A stretch of DNA of 43,862 nucleotides from a virus, in IMG/VR virus record IMGVR_UViG_3300045988_028422. One strand, written 5' to 3'. The notes under the pieces are model-generated. The model was given only the letters and a program-made list of their open reading frames with translations. It did no database searches and was not told where the DNA came from. Position 1 is the stretch's first letter. Every line of letters starts with the position of its first letter. The position numbers and the translations under genes are program-made. This document shows, piece after piece, positions 1 through 8,054 of the stretch.

Positions 1-43
1 ACCTATGTAGATGAACAACTTGCAACTAAACAGCCTACAGGGG
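1..43. repeat. Contig end overlap (identical to 43820..43862); circularisation artefact of assembly, not a biological terminal repeat
   Basis: acctatgtagatgaacaacttgcaactaaacagcctacagggg occurs at both ends. It lies in-frame in the middle of the tail-fibre ORF. Confidence 0.9.
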
Positions 44-486
44 ACTATGCTACTAACACTGCTCTTACTAGCGGTCTTGCGGGTAAAGCTAATAGCTCCC
101 ATACGCATACTAAGAGTCAGATTACGGACTTCCCTACGATCCCTGATGCCATTCTTAAAAAGGGCAATAGAGGGGCTATTGCAGGTTATGAGCAGTGGAC
201 TAAAGTAGGCGCTACTACAACTCTCAATGTTTCTAGTGGTGACTCGTTGCTGATGGAAACTGCAGGTGCGGCGACTACTATCAATGTGCAGGTGGGCTCT
301 ATTGGTCAGGTAGCTACTAAACTTGTTTGGGTGGCTTTGTCTAACAAAAGCATTACGATTAATGGTATCACAGGCTGGTTTGGAGAAGCCGCCCCGACCT
401 TAAATAAGAGTAGTGCCGTGTTGCTGTTTTTCTTTCACGATGGTTATGCTGAGTGTAGACTTATTGGCCAATGGGATGAACCATGA
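1..486 (+). CDS. Tail fibre protein (gp17-like), C-terminal part; continues the ORF starting at 41534 across the circular junction
   Basis: Frame 1 is open from base 1 to TGA at 484-486. It is in phase with 41534.. once the 43-nt overlap is collapsed. It contains fibre-tip-type motifs (KANSSHTHTKSQITDFP). Confidence 0.85.
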   Translation, partial: TYVDEQLATKQPTGDYATNTALTSGLAGKANSSHTHTKSQITDFPTIPDAILKKGNRGAIAGYEQWTKVGATTTLNVSSGDSLLMETAGAATTINVQVGSIGQVATKLVWVALSNKSITINGITGWFGEAAPTLNKSSAVLLFFFHDGYAECRLIGQWDEP

Positions 487-893
487 TTAGATACACGTAT
501 AAAGATAAGAAGTACACTAGTCTGTACACTCTTCGTCAGGCTATTTGGGATAACGATCACACTATCTTTGGTGATCTCACTGACGAGCTTAAGGCTCGAT
601 TTAGCATTACCGAAGAAGAATACGATCCTCGTGATGAGTGGACGGATGATCAGTGGGCTGATATGGTTCGTAGAAAGAGAGACTCTATGATCTCTGGTAC
701 GGACTACTACATCCTCCCTGATTACCCCAGTACCCCTGACGGTATTGAAGCTGTGAAGCGGTACAGACAGGATCTTAGGGACATTACTCTTCAGAGTGGG
801 TTCCCTAGGAATGTCCAGTGGCCTTCCCTTCCGAGTGCCCTTAGTAGAGCCAAGGGTTTGGCTACTATTGGTCTTGCTAAGGTGGGGGTGTAA
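483..893 (+). CDS. Tail-fibre assembly chaperone-like protein (Tfa-like)
   Basis: ATGA start/stop overlap with the fibre gene. The C-terminal half (KRYRQDLRDITLQSGFPRNVQWPSLP) resembles the conserved motif of phage tail-fibre assembly proteins as I recall them. Confidence 0.6.
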   Translation: MIRYTYKDKKYTSLYTLRQAIWDNDHTIFGDLTDELKARFSITEEEYDPRDEWTDDQWADMVRRKRDSMISGTDYYILPDYPSTPDGIEAVKRYRQDLRDITLQSGFPRNVQWPSLPSALSRAKGLATIGLAKVGV

Positions 894-894
894 T

Positions 895-1242
895 ATGCTG
901 AATAAAGAGCTTCTTATGTTGGGGAGTGAATCTTTAGAGCCTGTGTTGTCTATCTATATATCACCAGATCTCGGTTATTATTCGCCATCCGTATCTGGTA
1001 CGCTTTCTTCTGGGGAATCTTTTTATGTAAGGAAAGCTGGTGAGACGACATTCAAGTTCTCCGAGATAGAACTAACTGCAATTATCTCAATCAAATACTA
1101 CGAGAATGCGCAACTTTCCACCTCCAATTTAATGCCAGCGGGTGCATCCTACAGTGGAGGGGCTGAGCGGGCACCATCAATTATGTTGGAGTCCTTCCGT
1201 ATAAGGGACAGGACACAGTCCGCTAGTATATCGCTAGTGTAG
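895..1242 (+). CDS. Hypothetical protein
   Basis: ATG at 895 preceded by aaggtggggg SD. The track ORF 796..1242 uses an upstream alternative start inside the previous gene. Confidence 0.5.
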   Translation: MLNKELLMLGSESLEPVLSIYISPDLGYYSPSVSGTLSSGESFYVRKAGETTFKFSEIELTAIISIKYYENAQLSTSNLMPAGASYSGGAERAPSIMLESFRIRDRTQSASISLV

Positions 1243-1258
1243 TTTGCTATAGTGCCCC

Positions 1259-1325
1259 GAGAGGTGCGCTCTAAGTTACCTCTCAGAATGCTAGGCTTTT
1301 CAGTAGCTATAGCCTTATAGCATTC
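1259..1325 (+). promoter_or_regulatory. Two tandem stem-loops (transcript processing or termination candidate)
   Basis: gagaggt(1259-1265)/acctctc(1278-1284). Also gaatgctaggct(1286-1297)/agcc..tagcattc(1311-1325) with a 3-nt bulge. No clear U-run follows. Confidence 0.4.
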
Positions 1326-1385
1326 TAGTTTAACCTAAGCTACTAAACTATTAACACTAGCTTTATGCTAGAAAGAAAATATATC

Positions 1386-1955
1386 ATGGCAGAATTTGCT
1401 TCTAAGGGTGTTGCAGGCTCAGGTCTCGGTCTTGGTATCGCAGGTACGGCCCTTGGTCTCCTCAATAACGGAAGTAACGGCGGTGGTGTCCTTGGTGGTC
1501 TCTTTGGTAACAACAATCAGGCTACCATCTCTGCTCTTCAGGCTGAGAACTCTCAGTTGAAGGCTGAGAACTACTCCGACAAGAATGCCAAAGAAGTCTA
1601 TATGCAGTCTTTGACTGACAACCGTAGACTCCGTGATGAAACCTTTGCTTACCTCAAGCCTCTTGCCGATGAATCTGCGAACAACCGTGTTGAACTCGCT
1701 AAGCTTCAGGCAGAACTTAAGTGTTGCTGTGAGAAGCAGGAACTCCGTGAGCAGATTGTCCTCGGTAAGGTCAATGAACTCGCTCTGACGACTCAGGCGA
1801 AGTTCGGCTGTATCGATGGTACCATTGCCAACATGATGGGTACTATCGGTAAGATCACGGATACCATTGTGCCTATGAGTGCAATCTGCCCGACTCCTAT
1901 GGCTAAGTACAATTCGTGGACTGCTCCTACGAATACTCCTGCTACTGGAGCATAA
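1386..1955 (+). CDS. Hypothetical protein with Gly-zipper-like hydrophobic N-terminus and coiled-coil
   Basis: MAEFASKGVAGSGLGLGIAGTALGLL..GGGVLGGLFG, then heptad-like QAENSQLKAEN and a CCC motif. An alternative ATG lies at 1365. Codon bias is capsid-like (no TTA/CTA/TCA codons after 1419). Confidence 0.65.
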   Translation: MAEFASKGVAGSGLGLGIAGTALGLLNNGSNGGGVLGGLFGNNNQATISALQAENSQLKAENYSDKNAKEVYMQSLTDNRRLRDETFAYLKPLADESANNRVELAKLQAELKCCCEKQELREQIVLGKVNELALTTQAKFGCIDGTIANMMGTIGKITDTIVPMSAICPTPMAKYNSWTAPTNTPATGA

Positions 1956-1964
1956 TAATTCCTT

Positions 1965-2297
1965 ATGAAAATCAGTTTGAGTAAAATCTCTCAGGTTCTC
2001 CCTGAGTTCGTTGATACTCGACTGATGCCTAGTGCTCCCTCCACGATGAAATGGATTCTTGGAGGGAGTACGTTCTTGATTCTGCATCAGGCGGATACCC
2101 TCATCGGTAAGTATCTGCCTATGCTGAAACAGGTAGGTATCGTCGATGAGAACAACAAGGTAGACATCGATGTTGCCAAGGGATTCATCAACAGTGCATT
2201 CGATAAGAGTGGCACTGTGGAATACCTCGGATTTAAATTCGATAAGTCTGATGGTGAGGCTCTAATTAATATTATGGAGAAATACAAAGATGATTGA
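1965..2297 (+). CDS. Hypothetical protein
   Basis: 110-aa ORF, 9 nt after the previous stop and in the same strand series. No recognisable motif. Confidence 0.55.
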   Translation: MKISLSKISQVLPEFVDTRLMPSAPSTMKWILGGSTFLILHQADTLIGKYLPMLKQVGIVDENNKVDIDVAKGFINSAFDKSGTVEYLGFKFDKSDGEALINIMEKYKDD

Positions 2298-2460
2298 TGA
2301 AAAATGGGAAGATAATGTTTTTATGATGGCTAAGCATAAACTTCTTGAAGCTATTGAGAAGCGTAACAAGGAGTCTTACCATACTGAGGGAGACATCCGA
2401 GCCTATAAGGATGCCCTAAAGGCTTTGTACTATCTCATTAGCATTGAGAAGAGCAAGTAA
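2290..2460 (+). CDS. Small hypothetical protein (56 aa)
   Basis: Not in the ORF track (short). The ATG overlaps the end of 1965..2297. Translation: MIDEKWEDNVFMMAKHKLLEAIEKRNKESYHTEGDIRAYKDALKALYYLISIEKSK. Confidence 0.4.
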   Translation: MIDEKWEDNVFMMAKHKLLEAIEKRNKESYHTEGDIRAYKDALKALYYLISIEKSK

Positions 2461-2470
2461 TTCGGGTGTT

Positions 2471-2519
2471 TCAGTAGTCCTAAAGGATTTACGCACAGTA
2501 ATTAACGTAGGACTACTGA
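2471..2519 (+). promoter_or_regulatory. 11-bp perfect stem-loop closing the unknown cassette
   Basis: tcagtagtcct (2471-2481) pairs with aggactactga (2509-2519), with a 27-nt loop. Confidence 0.4.
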
Positions 2520-2581
2520 GTCTATCTAACAGTTCACGGATAAGAACAACACTAATTAAATAACTAAATACACTATGGAAC

Positions 2582-3787
2582 ATGAAGATTATTAAGAAAG
2601 ACGGTACTGTAGAAGGTTGGAACGGAGAGAAGATCAAAGAAGCTGTCTATAAGGCGGCTGCTAGAGTGAATCAATATGTGGAGCCTGATATTCTTGACAA
2701 ATTGGTTGAGAAGGTTCACTCTTGTTTAATTATTGATAGAGCTGCCCCAACTAAAGACCTTCATAAGGAAGTGATTCACTACTTGAGATACTTTGGCTTA
2801 GACGATATCGCCAATTCATATCAAGAATATAGAGACTATAAGAATACTTATGCTAAATCATTTGAGAAAGTTAAAGATGAAGCTGATAACGTGCTTCTAC
2901 TTGGGGACAGAGAGAATGCTAACTTCGATAGCTCTCTGGTGTCAACAAAAGGCTCGCTCATTAAGGGATACCTTACAAAAGAGCTCTATCGACAATTCTA
3001 TCTTAGCAAGGAAGAAAAAGAGTTAACTAAGCGTGGTGATATCTACATTCACGATATGCGAGATATGCTCATGGGTTCTGTCAATTGCTGCCTGTTTGAT
3101 ATTGGGAATGTCCTTAGGGGTGGCTTTAGTATGTCCAATGTGGACTACACGGAACCTACGAGTGTATTGAGTGCACTTCAGGTAATTGGAGATATCACCT
3201 TAGTTGCTACAGCTCAACAGTTTGGCGGATTCTCGCTAAGTCAGCTTGATATGGTTCTTCTTCCATATTGTGAAAAGACTTTGAAGAAAGCCTATAAGCA
3301 TGCAAAACATTGCTTCCCTGATTCTGATCCTTCTAGTTGGGATCTCTATGCTAGACGTGTACTTAAGGATGAACTTAAGCAGGGCTTCCAGTCTCTTGAG
3401 TTGAAGCTTAATACTGTCCCTTGCTCACGAGGAGACTTTGCATTCACTACTATTTCCTTTGGTTGCTGGAATGCTCCTCAATGGCTTGGTCGTTACTTGA
3501 CTAATAAAGATCTTTGGATTCTTAAGGAGATTTGTGAGGCTATTCTCACAACCCGTATGAATGGGCATGGAGAAAACCATAAGCCTGTAGTGTTCCCTAA
3601 GCTTGTCTATTTGTACGAAGAGAATTACCTTAGTGCTTTTCAGGAAGCTCGTGATGTATTTGAGTTAGCTATTGAATGCTCCAGTAAGTGCATGTACCCT
3701 GATTTCCTCAGTTTAACTGGGGATTGGGCACACAGTTCTGTAGGCAAACAGTACATGGAGAATAAGCAAGTAGTTACTCCTATGGGT
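2582..3787 (+). CDS. nrdD: Anaerobic (class III) ribonucleoside-triphosphate reductase NrdD, exon 1
   Basis: N-terminal ATP-cone (MKIIKKDGTVEGWNGEKIKEAVYKAA). The exon ends ...VVTPMG; the next in-frame codons are gcg taa (intron). Confidence 0.9.
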
Positions 3788-4579
3788 GCGTAATACTGCC
3801 CATATAAAATTCCGTTAAAACGGGGAGAGCTTATATTAAGCAAATCCGTTGCTAAACACTTTTATTGAACGTATAACTACGTATATAATATGAACAACAC
3901 TAATAATCAAGAAATTTGGAAAGATGTCCCTGAATGGGAGAACCTTTATTGTGTCTCTAACATGGGGAGAATCTTCTCTAAACGCTATAATCGAATCAAA
4001 GCTCAGACTATGAATAACAATGGCTATGCCCGTTGTGATCTCTTTAGTAGTGCTAATGGTAAGATTCGGCGTAAGTCTTTGTATACTCATCAGCTTGTTG
4101 CTACGCTTTTTGTAAAAGGTAAGCAAGAAGGGTTGGTTGTAGACCATATCGATGGGGATAAGACTAATAACATGTACACTAATCTGCGATGGGTTACCCA
4201 AAGTGAGAACATTAAGAAGGGCTATCGGGAAACTGTTAGAGACCCTTCTACTAAGTTCAAGAAACAGCCAGTATATATTACCACAGAGCCTAAGGTGTAC
4301 TTTGATTCTATGACTGAATGTGCCCATAGTTTAGGGCTTCCTGTAGAGCGTATTAAAACAGTCTTACGCTTCTATAGTGGAAAGCTGCCTGAGCTTGGGA
4401 TTCGTGTTGTTCGATGTGAATGCCCAACGACTAACCCTGATGAATGTAAGGGTGTAGATTCAAGTGAATCGAAAAGCGGAACTGAGGCTCAGTCCTCAGA
4501 AGATATAGTCTAATCTCATAGGTGACTATGAGCAGTTTAATAAACGGTATAGGAGTAACGAACCTATATGAATATAATG
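3788..4579 (+). mobile_element. Group I intron in nrdD (792 nt) carrying an HNH homing endonuclease
   Basis: P1: exon tatgggt (3781-3787) pairs with gcccata (3798-3804), with U3787.G3798 wobble and a 10-nt loop. Core element aagatatagtc at 4500-4510. 3' hairpins at 4515-4532 and 4549-4567. Terminal G at 4579. Removal restores TPMG|CRAYLSPW. Confidence 0.85.
3890..4513 (+). CDS. Intron-encoded homing endonuclease, NUMOD4 + HNH_3 type
   Basis: WKDVPEWENLYCVSNMGRIFS (NUMOD4-like). VDHIDGDKTNNMYTNLRWVTQSEN (HNH). C-terminal HTH-like FDSMTECAHSLGLPVERIKTVL. Confidence 0.85.
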   Translation: MNNTNNQEIWKDVPEWENLYCVSNMGRIFSKRYNRIKAQTMNNNGYARCDLFSSANGKIRRKSLYTHQLVATLFVKGKQEGLVVDHIDGDKTNNMYTNLRWVTQSENIKKGYRETVRDPSTKFKKQPVYITTEPKVYFDSMTECAHSLGLPVERIKTVLRFYSGKLPELGIRVVRCECPTTNPDECKGVDSSESKSGTEAQSSEDIV

Positions 4580-5512
4580 TGTAGAGCTTACCTCAGTCCG
4601 TGGAAGGATCCCGAGAATGGTGAATGGATCACTAATGGTCGATGTAACATTGGGGCGGTGTCTCTTAATCTTCCCCTTATTTTGGCTTATTCTCAAAAGA
4701 ATAATGTAGATTTCTTCAGTGTTGTTGATGCACGACTTGAGACTATCCGTAATTTCTTTAAGAAACGCTATGCTCTCATTAGACACACTAAGGCATGCAC
4801 CAATCCTATGGCATTCATGCAAGGAGGTTTCTATAAGGGGAATCTTAAGGCAGACGATGAGATTGGCGATTTGGTAAACTACATGACTGCTTCCTTTGGT
4901 GTTACTGCTCTCAATGAACTTAATATCCTTGCTACTGGTAAGACACTCTATCAGGATCCTTGGTTTGCTGAGGGTGTACTTAAGCATATCAATGATAAGG
5001 TAGAGCAGTTCAAGAAAGAAGATGGATACCTTTATGCTGTCTATGGAGTGCCCGCAGAGAGTCTTTGTGGTGTACAAGCTAAACAATATGCTGAGTACAC
5101 CGGAGATAACCAGTTTGGAGAGTACTTCACTAACAGCTTCCATATGCACGTTAGTGAGCCTATCACCCCTTTTGAGAAACAGGATGCTGAATACAAGATG
5201 TTCCATATGTGCAACGGAGGCCACATTCAGTATGTCCGAGTGACTAACCCTGAGAACCTTCAGGCACTTAAGGCTCTGGTTCTCCGAGGCATGGAGAAGG
5301 GGTACTATCAAGGTATTAACTTTGATAGTGTCTATTGTGAAGACTGCCATAAGCACTCCACTAATGCTATGAACAAGTGCCCTCATTGTGGATCTACTAA
5401 CTTGTCTGTCATTAGTCGTGTTTGCGGATACCTAGGGTACACTAAAGCTAATGGTAGTACTCGTATGAACGATGCTAAGTTAGCTGAAATTAAAGACAGA
5501 GTATCAATGTAA
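4580..5512 (+). CDS. nrdD: Anaerobic ribonucleotide reductase NrdD, exon 2
   Basis: Starts CRAYLSPW. The C-terminus has a CxxC..CxxC Zn ribbon (CEDCHKHS..CPHCGS) and the glycyl-radical motif SRVCGYLGY. Confidence 0.9.
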   Translation, partial: CRAYLSPWKDPENGEWITNGRCNIGAVSLNLPLILAYSQKNNVDFFSVVDARLETIRNFFKKRYALIRHTKACTNPMAFMQGGFYKGNLKADDEIGDLVNYMTASFGVTALNELNILATGKTLYQDPWFAEGVLKHINDKVEQFKKEDGYLYAVYGVPAESLCGVQAKQYAEYTGDNQFGEYFTNSFHMHVSEPITPFEKQDAEYKMFHMCNGGHIQYVRVTNPENLQALKALVLRGMEKGYYQGINFDSVYCEDCHKHSTNAMNKCPHCGSTNLSVISRVCGYLGYTKANGSTRMNDAKLAEIKDRVSM

Positions 5513-5514
5513 CG

Positions 5515-6027
5515 ATGAACTACGCTAAGATAGATACCTGTAGTATGACTAATGGGGATGGCATGGGGGTAGACCTGTTTGTCTCAGGATGCTCCTTATG
5601 CTGCCGAGGGTGCTTCAATTGGAAAGCCCAGAATCCATTCTATGGAACACCGTTTACTGAGGACACTATAAACACCCTCATAGATGCTCTTAAATCGCCC
5701 TATATTGAACGATTGAGTATCCTAGGGGGTGACCCCTTAGAGCCCTACAATGAGCCAGTTGTAGAGCAAATCCTGAAGCGTGTGAGGGATGTCTATGGGA
5801 ACACCAAGAAGATATGGCTATGGACAGGACGTACCTATGAGGATATCAAAGATAAGCCCATATTGAATTATGTTGATGTTCTCATTGATGGTAAATTTGA
5901 ATTAGATAAAAAGGAAAAACATGAATACCACGGCTCAAGCAATCAGCGAGTCTTTAGAATATTCCACAGAGTCTCTTGCGGACACGATGCAACGGTTGTT
6001 CGACAAGGTTCACCCTTCAGGAACTAG
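5515..6027 (+). CDS. nrdG: Anaerobic RNR activating enzyme NrdG (radical SAM)
   Basis: VSGCSLCCRGCFNW cluster motif, SILGGDPLEP, and C-terminal YHGSSNQRV. About 20 aa longer at the C-terminus than the NrdG proteins I recall. Confidence 0.9.
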   Translation: MNYAKIDTCSMTNGDGMGVDLFVSGCSLCCRGCFNWKAQNPFYGTPFTEDTINTLIDALKSPYIERLSILGGDPLEPYNEPVVEQILKRVRDVYGNTKKIWLWTGRTYEDIKDKPILNYVDVLIDGKFELDKKEKHEYHGSSNQRVFRIFHRVSCGHDATVVRQGSPFRN

Positions 6028-6325
6028 TGGCAGACTTTATACTGATCTTATTAGAGAGGAGTTTGAAGAGTGGCTGCAGGAAGAATCTGGTACCCCTGAG
6101 GACTTCAAAGAGATTTGTGACCTTATCTGGGTATGCATTATGTATACTATCGAACATAAGTATCCTCTTGAGTTAGGCATGAAGGCTCTAGGGGAGGAGT
6201 TCGTTAGCAAGATGGTTGATGACAATGGTAACCTCTGCCCTACCTATAGAGCTGATGGTAAGATGCTTAAGGGAAAGCATTTCCACAAAGCAGACTTTAG
6301 GAAGCTCTTAGGTGTAGCTTCATGA
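5921..6325 (+). CDS. MazG-like all-alpha nucleoside triphosphate pyrophosphohydrolase (putative)
   Basis: Acidic helix motifs LIREEFEEWLQEE and EICDLIWVCIMY, and a C-terminal RADGKMLKGKHFHKADFRKLL. The start is uncertain: 5921 overlaps nrdG by 107 nt; the alternative ATG is at 5987. Confidence 0.55.
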   Translation: MNTTAQAISESLEYSTESLADTMQRLFDKVHPSGTSGRLYTDLIREEFEEWLQEESGTPEDFKEICDLIWVCIMYTIEHKYPLELGMKALGEEFVSKMVDDNGNLCPTYRADGKMLKGKHFHKADFRKLLGVAS

Positions 6326-6633
6326 GATTTCTAGATATAGGATCTACAGTTGAAGATGGGGGATCCAGAGTAAAGGATATTATTAGTATGTCTCCCCCTA
6401 TAGCTGTCACAGGGGTTACATTTTTAGGGGTAGCCCTTAGTGACTGGGTTTACATAGGTACCATTGTGTACACTATAGTAGGCATTATAACAATGATAAA
6501 GAAGCACTGGGTAGATCCATACCTAGCTGCTAGGAGAGTGAGAATCAATGAAGAACAAAGAACCATTAGACAGAGAGAGCTTGCTGAGCTTGATTCAGGA
6601 CAACATGTTGGAGAACATGCTGAACGACCTTAA
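6322..6633 (+). CDS. Holin, T7 gp17.5-like (class II)
   Basis: PPIAVTGVTFLGVALSDWVYIGTIVYTIVGIITMI parallels the recalled T7 gp17.5 APIVGTGV..LSLNEWFYVAAIAYTVVQI. ATGA overlap with the upstream gene. An alternative start lies at 6388. Confidence 0.65.
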   Translation: MRFLDIGSTVEDGGSRVKDIISMSPPIAVTGVTFLGVALSDWVYIGTIVYTIVGIITMIKKHWVDPYLAARRVRINEEQRTIRQRELAELDSGQHVGEHAERP

Positions 6634-6811
6634 AGACCCAGAGAAACGTAACCCTCAGCTATACAATGCGATTATCAAGGAGCTGCAGAGAAATGGCATC
6701 AATTGTGTCCCTAAGGCTGGCGAAGATGGAGACAATGCATTGGCATCCCTGCTGAAGGCTACTAAGGAGAACTTTGAGTTAGACTATGGAGCTAATGGCC
6801 TTGTCAACTAA
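6548..6811 (+). CDS. Terminase small subunit (T7 gp18-like)
   Basis: 87 aa. KDPEKRNPQLYNAIIKELQRNG matches the recalled T7 gp18 SDHERRSPQLYNAINKLLDRHK. aggag SD upstream. Confidence 0.8.
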   Translation: MKNKEPLDRESLLSLIQDNMLENMLNDLKDPEKRNPQLYNAIIKELQRNGINCVPKAGEDGDNALASLLKATKENFELDYGANGLVN

Positions 6812-8054
6812 AGCATTGGTTCCATACTTTAACAGTTTTCCACTGTTCTGCAGCTTAGTATGGCAGACTATTGGGTTGCCACAGACTACGCCTATTCAGG
6901 TAGATATTGCTAAGACACTGCAGCATCCCCCCAATGATCGATTCATTCTTATGGGGTTCCGTGGTGTAGCTAAGAGTTTCATTACATGTGCCTATGTTGT
7001 ATGGTGCCTATGGAAGAACCCTCAGCTCAAGATTATGGTTGTCTCAGCTAATAAAGAAAGAGCTGATGCAAACGCTACCTTTATTAAGAAGATCATTAAT
7101 GAGCTGCCATTCTTAGAGCACCTAAAGGCACGAGAGGGGCAACGGGATACTCAGAATCTCTTTGACGTTGGCCCGAGTAAACCCGATCATAGCCCCTCAG
7201 TTAAATCCGTAGGTATCAAAGGACAGCTTACAGGTTCTCGTGCAGATATCATTGTTAGTGATGACGTAGAGGTACCGAGCAACAGTTTCACTCAGGTATT
7301 GAGAGATCAGCTATTCGAGTTGGTGAAGGAGTTTGACGCTGTTATCAAACCTAATGGCACCATCATTTACCTTGGTACTCCTCAGAATGAAATGTCTCTC
7401 TATAATGAGCTTCAGGAGAGAGGGTACACTGCTATCATCTACCCTGCAAGATATCCTTATGACGATATCCAGAGAGCTAACTATGGTACACGTCTAGCTA
7501 AGTTCATTGCAGACAAGTATGACAGTGATCCTGAGAAGTACGCAGGTAAACCTACAGATCCCCTTAGATTCAATGAAGAGGATCTACAGAAACGAGAGCT
7601 GTCCTATAGAAGAGCAGGGTTCCTGCTGCAGTTCATGCTAGACACTAGCTTATCTGATGCTGATAAGTACCCATTGAGACTTAGAGATCTCATTGTAGGC
7701 ACCTTCAGTACAGATGAAGCACCTATGAAGCTTACATGGATGCCTGATCCTGCTCGTAAGGTCTCCCTTCAGGAAATCCCAAAGGTAATGGGATTAAAGG
7801 GAGATGCTTATTATATGTGCCATACAGCTTCCCCAGAGATGGAGAAGTATACCTATAAGATGATGTGTGTTGATCCGTCTGGCAGGGGGCGTGATGAGAC
7901 GGGATATTGTGTACTATACTATCTTAATGGTTACATCTACGTGATGGAAGCAGGAGGTCTCCTAGGGGGGTACTCTGATGTAGTCCTAAATAAACTAGCG
8001 AACACTGCTAAGAAATGGAAGGTTAATGAGGTAGTCATTGAAGGTAACTTCGGT
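6786..8054 (+). CDS. Terminase large subunit (T7 gp19-like), exon 1
   Basis: FRGVAKSFITCAYVVWCLWKNPQLKIMVVSANKERADANATFIKKII is close to T7 gp19. The exon ends ..VVIEGNFG. A possible true start is ATG 6795. Confidence 0.9.

Noticed and set aside
1-43. 43-bp direct repeat at both window ends as biological terminal repeats
   Set aside because: It falls in-frame inside the tail-fibre ORF. T7-type terminal repeats lie in the non-coding junction, so this is an assembly circularisation overlap.
1419-2087. 222-aa ORF on the minus strand covering gene 1386-1955
   Set aside because: It is codon-aligned antisense to a + strand gene that simply lacks TTA/CTA/TCA codons. Its translation is low-complexity (S/R/T/L-rich). 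Every recognisable gene in this T7-like genome is on the + strand.
4526-5386. 286-aa minus-strand ORF opposite nrdD exon 2, and similar antisense ORFs at 16582-17151, 17465-17947, 18870-19397 and 3836-4327
   Set aside because: Each is antisense to a confidently identified + strand gene. They have no start context and no recognisable motifs.
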